Source: Candidatus Rokuibacteriota bacterium
GTDB lineage: Bacteria; Methylomirabilota; Methylomirabilia; Rokubacteriales; CSP1-6
NCBI GenBank assembly: GCA_040902305.1
Contig: JBBDXN010000134.1
Span: forward strand, 11,920-75,919
DNA: 64,000 nucleotides
Direction: 5' to 3'
The notes beneath the pieces are model-generated. The model was not told the origin of the DNA, made no database searches, and worked only from the letters and a program-made list of their open reading frames with translations. The stretch's first letter is position 1. Each line of letters begins with the position of its first letter. This document shows positions 9,555-19,403 of this stretch, piece by piece. Both the position numbers and the translations under genes were made by a program.

Positions 9555-10394
9555 TTATCGTCCGGTGAAGCGGGGCGCGCGCTTCTCGACGAAGTGGGCC
9601 ACGCCTTCCTTGAAGTCTTCGGTGGTGAAGCTCCGGCGCATCTCGTCGTCGCCGACCGCCGTCGCCTCCGCCAGGCTCTGGAACTGCGCCTCCCAGAGCT
9701 GGCGCTTCATGACCCGGAGCGAGCGCGGCGACACCAGGTCCGCGAGCTCGCGCGCGTAGGCGCGCACGTCGTCCTGGAGGCTGGCCGCCGGCTTCACCTG
9801 CGCGACCAGGCCCATCGCGAGCGCCTCCGCCGCGGTGATCGTGCGCGCGGACAGCAGCAGGTCGAAGGCATGCTGCAGGCCCACCAGGCGCGGGAGCATC
9901 CAGCTCGCCCCGTGCTCGGCGATGAGCCCCCGCCGCGAGAACGCGGTGGTGAAGACCGCGGTGTCGGCGGCGATGCGCAGATCGCAGTAGAGCGAGACGA
10001 CCAGGCCGAGCCCGGCGGTGGCCCCGTTCAGCGCCGCGATGATCGGCTTGGGGACCATCGGGAAGTAGGCGTAGGGCCCGCGGAAGTCGGGGCGGACGTC
10101 TCCGCCGGCGCCGGCCGCGTCATCCGGCTCGCCGCGCTCCGAGGAGCCCGCCGGCTCCTGCCGGCCCGCGCCCGCGATGCCGGAGAGCATCTGCATGTCG
10201 GCGCCCGCGCAGAAGCCGCGCCCGGCCCCGGGCAGCACGATCACGCGCACCGCCTCGTCGCGCCCGGCCTCCTCCATCGCCTGCCGCACCTCGCGCCCCA
10301 TCACGCCGGTCCACGCATTCAGCTTCTCGGGCCGGTTCAGGGTGACCGTGGCGATCCGCTCTCGCACCTCGTACAGGATCTGCTCGTAGCCCAT
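9555..10394 (-). CDS. enoyl-CoA hydratase/isomerase (crotonase) family protein
   Basis: 279 aa. VTLNRPEKLNAW, the GAGRGFCAGAD oxyanion motif and AALNGATAGLG. Confidence 0.9.
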   Translation of the reverse strand: MGYEQILYEVRERIATVTLNRPEKLNAWTGVMGREVRQAMEEAGRDEAVRVIVLPGAGRGFCAGADMQMLSGIAGAGRQEPAGSSERGEPDDAAGAGGDVRPDFRGPYAYFPMVPKPIIAALNGATAGLGLVVSLYCDLRIAADTAVFTTAFSRRGLIAEHGASWMLPRLVGLQHAFDLLLSARTITAAEALAMGLVAQVKPAASLQDDVRAYARELADLVSPRSLRVMKRQLWEAQFQSLAEATAVGDDEMRRSFTTEDFKEGVAHFVEKRAPRFTGR

Positions 10395-10436
10395 GCGCGC
10401 GCCCCCCTCGCGTGCCGCATGATAGCGCGTCCGGAC

Positions 10437-10500
10437 GGGGTCAGGTCTTACATTCCGACATTTCGACGCGGTGCGATGTTGGAATGTAAGACCTGACCCC
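10437..10500. repeat. perfect 20-bp inverted repeat (hairpin element), family 2
   Basis: GGGGTCAGGTCTTACATTCC (10437-10456) and GGAATGTAAGACCTGACCCC (10481-10500) flank a 24-nt spacer. A 28-nt solo arm recurs at 49752-49779. Confidence 0.85.
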
Positions 10501-10502
10501 AG

Positions 10503-11753
10503 CTAGCGGCGGTGCGACTCGCGGTCGATGGCGGGGCCGGCGAGGAGGGAGACGGCGGTGACGAGGCCGGAAAGGGCGGCGAAGACGGCCCAGGCGACTG
10601 CGTAGGAGTCGAAGCCCTCCAGCAGGAGGCCGAAGACCGGGGGGCCGATGAGCAGGCCCAGCACGATGGACGCGAAGGCCACGCCGCTCAGCAGGCCTGC
10701 CTGCCGCGGCCCGCCCGCCTCCGCGCTGATCACGAAGAAGATGCCGACCCAGCCGTAGGCGCCCACGCCGGCCAGGAAGGCGAGCAGCCCCGCGGTGACG
10801 GGCGCGGTCGCGGGCCACACCGCGTAGAGGGCGAAGATGACCGCGGCCAGGGCGCCCGTGACCACGAGCCAGAGGGAGCGCCGGCCGGTGGCCCAGCGGT
10901 CGCTGGCCGCGCCCAGCACGAGGCGGGACACCGCGCCGCCTCCCTGCGAGGCGGCCACGAGGAACCCGGCGCCGATCTTGTCGAAGCCGAGCGCCTGGAT
11001 CGTGAAGAGCGGCAGATAGCTCAGCACCGCGCCCTGGACCATGCCGAGCACGAAGCCGGCCGCGAAGAAGAGGACCAGCGCGGGGCGCCGCGCCCACCAC
11101 CACGTCGAGCCCGCGTCCGGCCCGCCGGGCGTGACCGGCGTCGTGCCGCGCGCGCCCTCGCGGAACGCGGCGAGCGGCCGCCAGCCGAGCGCCACCGGCG
11201 CCGCCACGATCACCGAGCAGGCCCCGATGGCGTAGCGCCAGCCCAGCGTGGCCGCGATGGCGGGCAGGGCCAGCGCCGAGATCAGGCCGCCCACCGTGAG
11301 GCCCATCTGCTTGACGCCCATCGCGATGCCGCGCTCGCTCACCGGGAAGGCGTCCATGATGGCCTTGCCCAGCGCGGGGTTCACGACACTCCAGCCGCTG
11401 CCCGCGACGAAGAGGCAGAAGAGGAAGGAGAGGAAGCCTGGTGCCAGCGCCGCCGCGAGGAGCCCGATCGCGCCCACCGCGAGGCCGCCCAGGAAGGCGG
11501 GTCGCACGCCGAGCCGATCGGCGAGCCGCCCGCCCGGCAGCGAGAACAGGAGGCCGGCGAGATAGATGGACGGGATGAGAAAGGCGACCTGGAATCGGGT
11601 GAGCCCGAGCCCCTCCACCAGGCTCGGCGAGAGCGGGGAGATGCCGAGCATGCCGACGGCGCCGGCGCCGTAGGAGGCGGTGAGGACGGTGAGCAGGCGC
11701 CACCGCGCGGGCAGCGCGGACGCGGCGCTCGCGGCCGGCGCGGATTCGCTCAC
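10503..11753 (-). CDS. MFS transporter
   Basis: Only the C-terminal 416 aa of the 936-aa track ORF look real: about 12 TM segments and the GGRLADRLG MFS motif. GTG start at 11753 overlaps the stop of the upstream gene (GTGA). Confidence 0.8.
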   Translation of the reverse strand: MSESAPAASAASALPARWRLLTVLTASYGAGAVGMLGISPLSPSLVEGLGLTRFQVAFLIPSIYLAGLLFSLPGGRLADRLGVRPAFLGGLAVGAIGLLAAALAPGFLSFLFCLFVAGSGWSVVNPALGKAIMDAFPVSERGIAMGVKQMGLTVGGLISALALPAIAATLGWRYAIGACSVIVAAPVALGWRPLAAFREGARGTTPVTPGGPDAGSTWWWARRPALVLFFAAGFVLGMVQGAVLSYLPLFTIQALGFDKIGAGFLVAASQGGGAVSRLVLGAASDRWATGRRSLWLVVTGALAAVIFALYAVWPATAPVTAGLLAFLAGVGAYGWVGIFFVISAEAGGPRQAGLLSGVAFASIVLGLLIGPPVFGLLLEGFDSYAVAWAVFAALSGLVTAVSLLAGPAIDRESHRR

Positions 11754-14133
11754 TTGAGCCAGCGCCAGACCTGCTCGGGCGTGATCGGCAGCGAGCGGAC
11801 CACCACGCCGAACCGCGCGAGCGCGTCCTCGACCGCGTTGGCGACCGCGGCGGGCCCGGGGATCGCGCCGCCCTCGCCCACGCCCTTGGCCCCGAGCGGG
11901 GTGACCGGCGAGGGATGCTCGAGCCGGTCCACCTCGATGAGCGGCACGTCCACCGCGGTGGGCTTGAGGTAGTCCATGAAGGTCGAGGTGAGGAGCTGGC
12001 CCTGCTCGTCGTAGCGGAACTCCTCGAGCAGCGCGGCCCCGATGCCATGCGCGGTCGCGCCGTGCACCATGCCTTCCACGATGAGCGGATTCAGCTCGCG
12101 CCCGCAGTCGTGCACGACCACGTACTTCAGGACATGCACCAATCCGGTGCGCCGGTCCACCTCCACGAGGCAGCAGTGCGCCGCGTTGGAGAAGACGAGC
12201 TGGGAGCGGACCCGGCGCTCGGCGTCCATGGGCTGCGCGAGCGGGTTCTGGTGCGCGTGGCGCGACTCGAGCCCGGGCTCCTCGCCGGGCGGCAGGCCGA
12301 GCACGTCGGCGTAGGCGGTGCGCGCCAGCTCCGCGAAGGAGAGCCGCCGGTCGGGCGCGCCGCGCCCCGCGACCGCGCCCCCGCCGAGCTCCAGATCGGC
12401 GACGGAGGCCTCCAGCCGGTGCGCGGCCAGCCGCAGCAACTTCTCCCGCACCCGCGCGGCCGCGCCCACCACCGCGCCGACGTCGGTCACCGAGAACTTG
12501 TTGGAGTAGTTGCCCGAGAGGTAGAGCCACGGGGTGGTCATCGAGTCGAAGCCGCGGGCCACCGTGATCGCGTCCGGCGTGAGGCCGAGCTCGTCGGCCA
12601 CGATCTGGGCGATGACCGTCTCGTAGCCCTGGCCGCTCGGGGGATCGCCGAGCGACACCCGCACCTGGCCGTCGGGCTCCATGCGGACCATGGCCGCTTC
12701 CGCCGAGCCCGACGCGGCGCGCCTGCCGGTGATGATCTCGTAGGAGGCGAGGTTCGTGCCCGCCGGCTCCACCGACGTCGCGATCCCGATGCCGAGCAGC
12801 CGGTCCTCCTTCCGCGCCCGCGCCTGCTCGGCCCGCCGGGCCGGGTAGCCGAACCGCTCGAGAGCACGGTGTAGGGTCGCCGGGTAGTCGCCGCTGTCGT
12901 ACTGAGCGCCCGGGGGCGTGGTGTAGGGCATCTGGTCCGCGGTCACGTAGTTGCGCAGCCGCAGCTCGGCCGGATCCATCCCGAGACGGCGCGCCAGGAG
13001 GGCCATCGCCCGCTCGATCGCGAAGCACATGAACGGTTTGCCGATGCCGCGGTTGGCGCCGCTCGGGCACTTGTTGGTCAGGACCGACCAGGCCTCGTAG
13101 CGGATCGCGGGAATCCGGTAGCCGTTGGCGATATTGCCGAGCTTGATCAGGTTGTGCTGGGTCGGGGTGATGAGGTTCTTGCCCTCGTCGGCGATGTCGC
13201 GGACGGAGAGCGCCAGCAGGGTGCCGTCGGCCTGGTAGCCGAGCTCGAGGTCCATGATCCCGTTGCAGGCGTGCATCAGGGCGGTGAGGTTCTCGATGCG
13301 GTCCTCGATCCACTTCACGGGCCGTCCGGACTTGCGCGCGAGCAGCGCGCAGATCAGCAGGTAGGCGGGGCGGCGCTTGTTGCCGAAGGCGCCGCCGATG
13401 TCCGGGCAGGAGAGGCGCACGCGGGCTTGCGGGACGCCCAGCGAGGCCGCGAGCACCGAGATCGTGAGGCCGGGCCGCTGGTCGTTCGTCAAGAACTCGA
13501 AGACGTCGGTGCCCGGGTCGTACTCGGCGATGCCCCCGAACGTCTCGAGCGGGGTGGACGCGTAGCGCTGGATCGCGAAGCGCTCGCGGAGCACCCCGTC
13601 GGCCCGCGCCATCGCCTCGTCCACCGGGCCGTAGGTGAGCGTGTCGTGCCAGACGACGTTGCTGCCCAGCTCCGGGTAGAGAAGCGGCGCGTCGGGCCGG
13701 ATGGCGAGCTCCGGGTCCACCACCACCGGCAGCGGCGCGTACTCCACGCGGATCCGCTCGAGCGCGTCCTCGGCGGTGGCGCGATCGACCGCGGCCACCG
13801 CGGCCACCGGCTCGCCCACGTAGCGGACGCGGTCGACCGCGAGGCAGTAGTCGGGCACCCCCGCGGTGGTGGGGATGAGCGGGCGGATGGGCCCCGAGCG
13901 CGCCGCCGCCTCCGCGCCGGTGAGGACCGCGACGACGCCGGGGAGCGCCTCCGCCTCGCGGGTCTCGATGGCCACGATCCGCGCGTGGGCGTGCGGGCTC
14001 CGCAGCATCGCCGCGTGGAGCATGCGCGGGCGCCCGAGGTCATCGATGAAGCGGCCCCGGCCCGCCACCAGACGGGCGTCTTCCTTGAGCGGCAGCGGCC
14101 GGCCGACCCAGCCGCCCGGCGCGGTCCGGTGGC

Positions 14134-14137
<4 letters not shown>
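11750..14137 (-). CDS. xanthine dehydrogenase/CoxL-family molybdopterin-binding large subunit
   Basis: 795 aa from the GTG at 14137, which overlaps the small-subunit stop (GTGA). Has the aldehyde-oxidase a/b-hammerhead N-terminus (GRGRFIDD..., HAHARI) and GGAFGNK. The rest of the 1033-aa track ORF is out-of-frame read-through. Confidence 0.88.
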
Positions 14138-14630
<493 letters not shown>

Positions 14631-14631
<1 letters not shown>

Positions 14632-15551
14632 CAGCGGCTCCGCTCGAGCCGTGCGCGCGCCTGGAGCACGGCGCGCTCGGTGAGCACGGTGGCCAGGTGC
14701 CGGCGATAGTCGGCGGAGCCGTGCACGTCGCCGGGCGGATCGCAGTCCGGGCCGGCCGCCGCGCCGGCGCGCGCGGCGCTCTCGAGGTCGAGGGGCGCGC
14801 CGGTGAGCAGGCGCTCCGCGCCGCTGAGCCGCAGCGGGCGATCCCCGACACCGAAGCCCACCAAGCGTACCAACTCGGGCCGCCCCGCTTCAGACACTCC
14901 CTCTCCCCCGCGAGGGGGAGAGGGCAGGGTGAGGGGGTGCCGGACGCCCACCACCGCCGCGACGCCGGCCAGCGCGAAGTCGCCGGGACGCCGCGCGATC
15001 TCGGCGAAGCCCCAGCCCGGCGACTGGGCGGGGATCTCGATCGCAGTCAGGATCTCGTCGGGCGTGAGCGCAGTCGCGAGCAGGCCGCGGAAGAATTCCG
15101 CCGCGGCGATCACCCGCTCGCCGCGTGGGCCGGTAGCGCGGAACTGGGCGTCGAGGGCCATCAGCGCGGCGGGCAGCTCGGCCGCGGGATCCGCATGCGC
15201 GACGCTGCCGCCGAGCGTGCCCTGGTTCCGGATCGCCGCGTGCCCCACGTGCCGCGCCGCCTCGGCCAGGAGCGGAGCGCGCTCGCGCACCGCCGGCGAG
15301 GTGACCAGCTCGGCGTGGCGGGTCATGGCGCCGATCCGGAGCCCGCCGTGAGGCGTCGGCGCGATCCCGGCCAGCTCGCGAACCCCGTTCAGATCCACGA
15401 GGACCGCCGGCCGGACGAGCCGCATGTTGAGCATCGGCACGAGGCTCTGCCCGCCGGCCAGGATCTTGGTCTCGCCGAAGGCCGCCGCGAGCAGCGCGAT
15501 CGCCTCTCCCAGGCTGTCGGCGCGCGCATAGCGGAACGTCGCCGGCTTCAT
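14631..15551 (-). CDS. FAD-binding medium subunit (CoxM-like), carrying an in-frame repeat insertion
   Basis: 306 aa. Typical N-terminus (F.Y.RA.SL.EA..LL......K.LAGGQSL.PM). The residues ...RHPLTLPSPPRGGEGVSEAG... are encoded by the REP-like element at 14899-14937. Confidence 0.88.
14899..14937. repeat. REP/BIME-like repeat, copy c (one hairpin plus right outer arm), inside a coding sequence
   Basis: CCCTCTCCCCC-GCGA-GGGGGAGAGGG followed by CAGGGTGAGGGGG, the same core as the intergenic copies. Confidence 0.8.
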
Positions 15552-15601
15552 GTGCTACCTTCGGGGCCCGAGCCGTCATCCATCAAGCGTCGAGGAGAGC
15601 C

Positions 15602-15952
15602 ATGAAGATCCATCATCTCTACGTGGACAAGCAGGGCGAGTCGCACTTCGAGGACATGGAGATCCCGTACACCGAATCGGGCCGGGCCGGGAAGCTGTCG
15701 GCGCGGCTGCCCGCGACCGGGATCATATTCAGGGAAGTGTCGCCGGACTACGATCTCGACTGGCACCCGGCGCCGCGGCGGCAGTACATCATCAACCTCG
15801 ACGCGGGGGTGCAGATCACCGCGAGCGACGGGCAGTCGCGCAAGATCGGCGCCGGCGAGGTCATCCTCGTGGAGGACACCTGGGGCAAGGGTCACCTGTC
15901 CAAGGCCCTGGACGGCAAGCTGCGCCACTGCATCTTCGTCCCGATCGAATAG
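15602..15952 (+). CDS. cupin-domain protein
   Basis: 116 aa. Small beta-barrel-like sequence with the typical G.G....G.V.LVED pattern. Good spacing after the divergent coxM-like gene. Confidence 0.65.
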   Translation: MKIHHLYVDKQGESHFEDMEIPYTESGRAGKLSARLPATGIIFREVSPDYDLDWHPAPRRQYIINLDAGVQITASDGQSRKIGAGEVILVEDTWGKGHLSKALDGKLRHCIFVPIE

Positions 15953-16063
15953 CCGGTGGCCGAGAAAGGTCCAGCTGCGAGGCGGCGCCCGAAGGCCGCA
16001 CGCGAGGCGTACTCTCGGTACGTTGAGCGTGCGGTCGAGGGCGCCAACGAAGCAGATGGGCCT

Positions 16064-17230
16064 TTATCGGCCGCCGGCCAGGACGAGGGTGCCGGCGGCG
16101 GAGAGCATGCCGCCCATGCCGTTGACCAGCGAGCAGCTCACGCCCGGCACCTGGCGGGCGCCGCACTCGCCGCGGACCTGGCGGGTGGCCTCGATGATCG
16201 GGAAGATGCCGTACATGCCGGAGTGGGTGTAGGAGAGCCCGCCCCCGTTGGTGTTGATGGGCAGGCGGCCGCCCGGGGTGGAGCGCCCCTCCGCGAAGAA
16301 CTGCACGCCCTCGCCCGGCTTGGCGATGCCGAGCGACTCGAGCATGATCGGGGGCCCCGAGGTGAAGGCGTCGTAGAGCATCACGTGGTTGAAGTCCTTG
16401 GCGGAGACGCCGGCCATCGAGAAGGCGCGCTCGCCGGCCAGGCGGGTCGCCGCGCTCGAGGCCAGATCCTCCATCTGCGTCACCATCACGTGCTCGGTGG
16501 CCTCGCCGAAGCCGCGCACGTAGACCGGGGGCTTGGCGCAGTCCTTCGCCCGGTCGGCCCGGGTCAGCACCACCGCGCCGCCCGCGTCGGTGACGAGGCA
16601 GATGTTGAGCAGGTTGAACGGGTAGGAGACCGGGCGCGAGTTGAGCACGTCGGCCACCGTGATCGGGTCGCGGAAGCGCGCCTTCGGATTCAACGCGGCC
16701 CACTTCCGGGTGGACACCGCCACCTGGGCCCACTGCTCGAGCGTGGTGCCGTGCTCGTGCATGTGCCGGGTCGTGATCATGCCGAAGTAGCTGGTGGCCC
16801 CGCCGAAGCCGTAGGGGAACTCGAACTGCCCGCTGAGCGCGGTGTCTCGAGTCCGGGTGACCCCGGTGCCGGAGCGGCCGCTCTCGCCGTGGGAGACCAC
16901 CGCCACGTCGCAGAGGCCGTGGTGCAGGGCGGCGACGGCGTGGCCCACCATGATGATGAAGGAGCAGCCCCCCACGGTGGTGCCGTCCACGTAGCGCGGC
17001 TTGACGCCGAGGGCCTCGCCCAGCGTGGCGGGCGAGTGCTGGCCCGCGGTGAAGATACCGTCGACGTCCCTGACCTTGAGGCCCGCGTCACGAACGGCAT
17101 TGGATATCGCTTCAAGGTGCAGCGAAAGCTGGCTCGTGTTCGGCAGGGTGCCGATCTGGTCGCTCTCGTCCACGCCCACGATGCAGGCGGTGTTGCGCAA
17201 TTCCCGCTGCCGGTCGGAGACCGTGGCCAT
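16064..17230 (-). CDS. thiolase-like (SCP-x/lipid-transfer type) protein
   Basis: 388 aa from the ATG at 17230 (MATVSDRQ...). ACIVGVDESD, GGCSF (active-site Cys region), and C-terminal NTNGGGLS and GMGG motifs. The upstream part of the 495-aa track ORF overlaps the DUF35 gene out of frame. Confidence 0.85.
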   Translation of the reverse strand: MATVSDRQRELRNTACIVGVDESDQIGTLPNTSQLSLHLEAISNAVRDAGLKVRDVDGIFTAGQHSPATLGEALGVKPRYVDGTTVGGCSFIIMVGHAVAALHHGLCDVAVVSHGESGRSGTGVTRTRDTALSGQFEFPYGFGGATSYFGMITTRHMHEHGTTLEQWAQVAVSTRKWAALNPKARFRDPITVADVLNSRPVSYPFNLLNICLVTDAGGAVVLTRADRAKDCAKPPVYVRGFGEATEHVMVTQMEDLASSAATRLAGERAFSMAGVSAKDFNHVMLYDAFTSGPPIMLESLGIAKPGEGVQFFAEGRSTPGGRLPINTNGGGLSYTHSGMYGIFPIIEATRQVRGECGARQVPGVSCSLVNGMGGMLSAAGTLVLAGGR

Positions 17231-17235
17231 GGCGC

Positions 17236-17652
17236 TCACCGCCTCGGCTGGAACAGCGGCAGGGTCACCTCGTCGCTCACCTTGGTGAACACGACCTCGA
17301 CCGGCATGTCGCACTTGATCGCCTTCGGGGAGGCCTCCACGTTGATCAGGTTCGACATCAGGCGCGGGCCTTCCTCGAGCTGGACCATTGCCAGGACGTA
17401 GGGCGGCTTGATCTTCCACGCCTTCTGGAAGGCCTGGTGCGCGATCTCGAAGGAATGGAGCGTGCCGCGGCCGCTCGCCTGCATCCAGCCGACGCGGCGC
17501 GAGTGGCAGCGCGGGCACAGGATGCGCGGGTAGAAGAAGACGTGCGCGCACTCCTCGCAGCGGGGGAGCATCAGCTTCTCGGCTTTACAGCCGTCCCAGA
17601 ACGGCTTGGCCTCCGGGGTGATCGGACTGGGCAGCGGGCGGTCGACGTCCAT
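17236..17652 (-). CDS. Zn-ribbon/OB-fold protein (DUF35), thiolase partner
   Basis: 138 aa. FW.G......L...C..C......PR..CP.C zinc ribbon, then an OB fold. Sits 5 nt upstream of the thiolase gene. Confidence 0.85.
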   Translation of the reverse strand: MDVDRPLPSPITPEAKPFWDGCKAEKLMLPRCEECAHVFFYPRILCPRCHSRRVGWMQASGRGTLHSFEIAHQAFQKAWKIKPPYVLAMVQLEEGPRLMSNLINVEASPKAIKCDMPVEVVFTKVSDEVTLPLFQPRR

Positions 17653-17813
17653 GGGGCTCCTCTCTCGCGACGAGATAACGACGAGACCGCAGAGACTCTA
17701 CGCGGGGGCGCGGAAGGTGTCAACGAACGCGGGGGCGCGCCTCACGGCAGCGTGAAGGCCAGGACGTGGAGACGAGGGACAGCAGAAGGATCGCGGTCAC
17801 GACTCGCATGGTC

Positions 17814-18596
17814 TCAGACCGCGGGCTCACCCGCGGTGACCGAGATGCACTGGCCGGAGAGGTTCTTGGCCGCGTCGCTGCAGAGGTAGACGGCGAGCGT
17901 GGCGATGTCCTCCGCGGTGGTCATGCGCTTGAGCGGCGACCGCTCCACGAAGCTCCGGCGCATGTCGTCGACCGCCATCCCGCGCACTTCGGCCTGGCCC
18001 GCGATGACGCGATCGATGCGGTCGCCCTCGACCGCGCCGGGAGCGATCGCGTTGACCCGGATATTGTGCGGGGCCAGCTCGAGGGCGAGGCCGTAGGTCA
18101 TGCCGACCTGGCCGGCCTTCGCCGAGCAGTAGCCGATGCGGAAGGGGAGCCCGCGCCGGCCCGCGGTGGACGAGACGTTGACGATCACCCCGCCGCCCGC
18201 CCGGATCATCTCCGGCACCGCGAAGCGGGTGCACATGTAGGAGGTGGTGAGGCAGGAGTTGATCGTGTAGAACCAGTCGTCGGTGGTGTACTCCTGCACG
18301 CGCTTGGTCGGCCCGCCGTCCCCCGCGTTGTTCACGAGGACGTCGAGCTTGCCGAAGGCCTTCACGCCCGCCGCGATCATCTTCTGGACGTCGGCCTCCT
18401 GGGCCGCGTCGCCAGTCACCGCCAGCGCCCGCCCGCCGTCGCCCTTGATCAGGGCGGCCGTCTCCTCCACCAGGTCGCGGCTGCGGGCCGCGCAGACGAC
18501 GGCCGCGCCCTCCCGCGCGAACAGGCGGCTCATCACGCGACCGATGCCCTTGCTGGCGCCGGTGATGAGCGCCACCTTCCCGTCGAGTTGTCCCAT
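17814..18596 (-). CDS. SDR-family oxidoreductase
   Basis: 260 aa. TGASKGIG, NNAG and YCSAK motifs. Confidence 0.9.
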   Translation of the reverse strand: MGQLDGKVALITGASKGIGRVMSRLFAREGAAVVCAARSRDLVEETAALIKGDGGRALAVTGDAAQEADVQKMIAAGVKAFGKLDVLVNNAGDGGPTKRVQEYTTDDWFYTINSCLTTSYMCTRFAVPEMIRAGGGVIVNVSSTAGRRGLPFRIGYCSAKAGQVGMTYGLALELAPHNIRVNAIAPGAVEGDRIDRVIAGQAEVRGMAVDDMRRSFVERSPLKRMTTAEDIATLAVYLCSDAAKNLSGQCISVTAGEPAV

Positions 18597-18779
18597 GGAT
18601 TGCTCGCTCCGTTTTCTCGCTCTCGCTGCGGAGTAATTTTTACCTCGCGGGGAGTGTACCTTTTTCCGACTCGGGGTGAGTCACGAACGTCCCGAGCTCG
18701 ATTGATGAGTATTTGCGCGCGGCGTCGTGGCCCGACGCGCTGGCACGCGGGTTGCCAGTGGATGCGCAGGAGGTGAACC

Positions 18780-19001
18780 ATGACCACGAAGACGAAGAAC
18801 AGACTCGCATCCGCCGTGATCGGCCTGTCGCTGGTCACGCTTGCCACGACGGCATGTGGAACGCTGGGCGGCGCCGCGGTCGGCGCCGGTGCGGGAGCCG
18901 CGGTTGGCGCCGGAACCGGATACGGAGCCGGCAAGGGCGCGTTGATCGGCACCGGCGTGGGCGCCGCGGCCGGCGCCATCTACGATCTCACCAAGGACTA
19001 G
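18780..19001 (+). CDS. glycine-zipper lipoprotein (YMGG-like)
   Basis: 73 aa. Lipobox LATTAC followed by GxxxG repeats. AGGAGG Shine-Dalgarno sequence 6 nt upstream. Confidence 0.7.
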   Translation: MTTKTKNRLASAVIGLSLVTLATTACGTLGGAAVGAGAGAAVGAGTGYGAGKGALIGTGVGAAAGAIYDLTKD

Positions 19002-19015
19002 GTCTGGAGGAATTC

Positions 19016-19300
19016 ATGACGGCGTACAAGGCACTGGCGGTCGGTATCATCGTCGCGGTCCCGCTGTGGGCAGGGGCCGCGGCGGGGCAGAGCAAGCCCT
19101 CGTGTGATCAGGCGAAGGCCGCGGCGCCCCAGAAGGTCGAGGGCCGGGTGGTCCGGGTGGACACGGCGGGCGGCAAGGTCGCGGTCGCCGGGGCCGACGG
19201 CAAGACGCACGAGTTCCAGGCCTCGAAGGAGACCGTGCAAGATTTCAAGGTCGGCGACAAGATCAAGGCCAATCTCCGGTCGCTTCCGAACTGCAACTGA
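19016..19300 (+). CDS. small secreted protein
   Basis: 94 aa from the ATG at 19016 within the 18713-19300 frame. Signal peptide (ALAVGIIVAVPLWAGAAAG) and two Cys residues. No family recognised. Confidence 0.5.
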   Translation: MTAYKALAVGIIVAVPLWAGAAAGQSKPSCDQAKAAAPQKVEGRVVRVDTAGGKVAVAGADGKTHEFQASKETVQDFKVGDKIKANLRSLPNCN

Positions 19301-19403
19301 CGGGTCATCCGGCGGTGGGGGGGCCCCCCGGCCCCCCCCGCCGCCATTTCCTCCCCGTTTCGCGAGGGGTGCGCTACGATGCCGGCGGGAGGGCGAGCGC
19401 GCC

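Noticed and set aside
10503-13313. 936-aa ORF, and similar very long track ORFs (for example 11750-14851 as 1033 aa, 42100-44430 as 776 aa, 51407-53374 as 655 aa, 58907-62137 as 1076 aa, 2991-4310, 10441-12048, 44427-46595)
   Set aside because: In this G+C-rich DNA, stop codons are rare in every frame. Only part of each ORF has family-like sequence. The remainder is Arg/Pro/Gly/Ala-rich read-through that overlaps, or is antisense to, well-supported genes. I trimmed each ORF to the start codon that gives a sensible N-terminus, a Shine-Dalgarno sequence or a 4-nt overlap with its neighbour.
17690-17745. Direct repeat ACGCGGGGGCGCG x2 (28 nt apart) upstream of the DUF35/thiolase operon as a regulator binding site
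   Set aside because: The repeat is short, G+C-rich and occurs in a G+C-rich genome, so chance occurrence is plausible. No adjacent regulator gene supports it.
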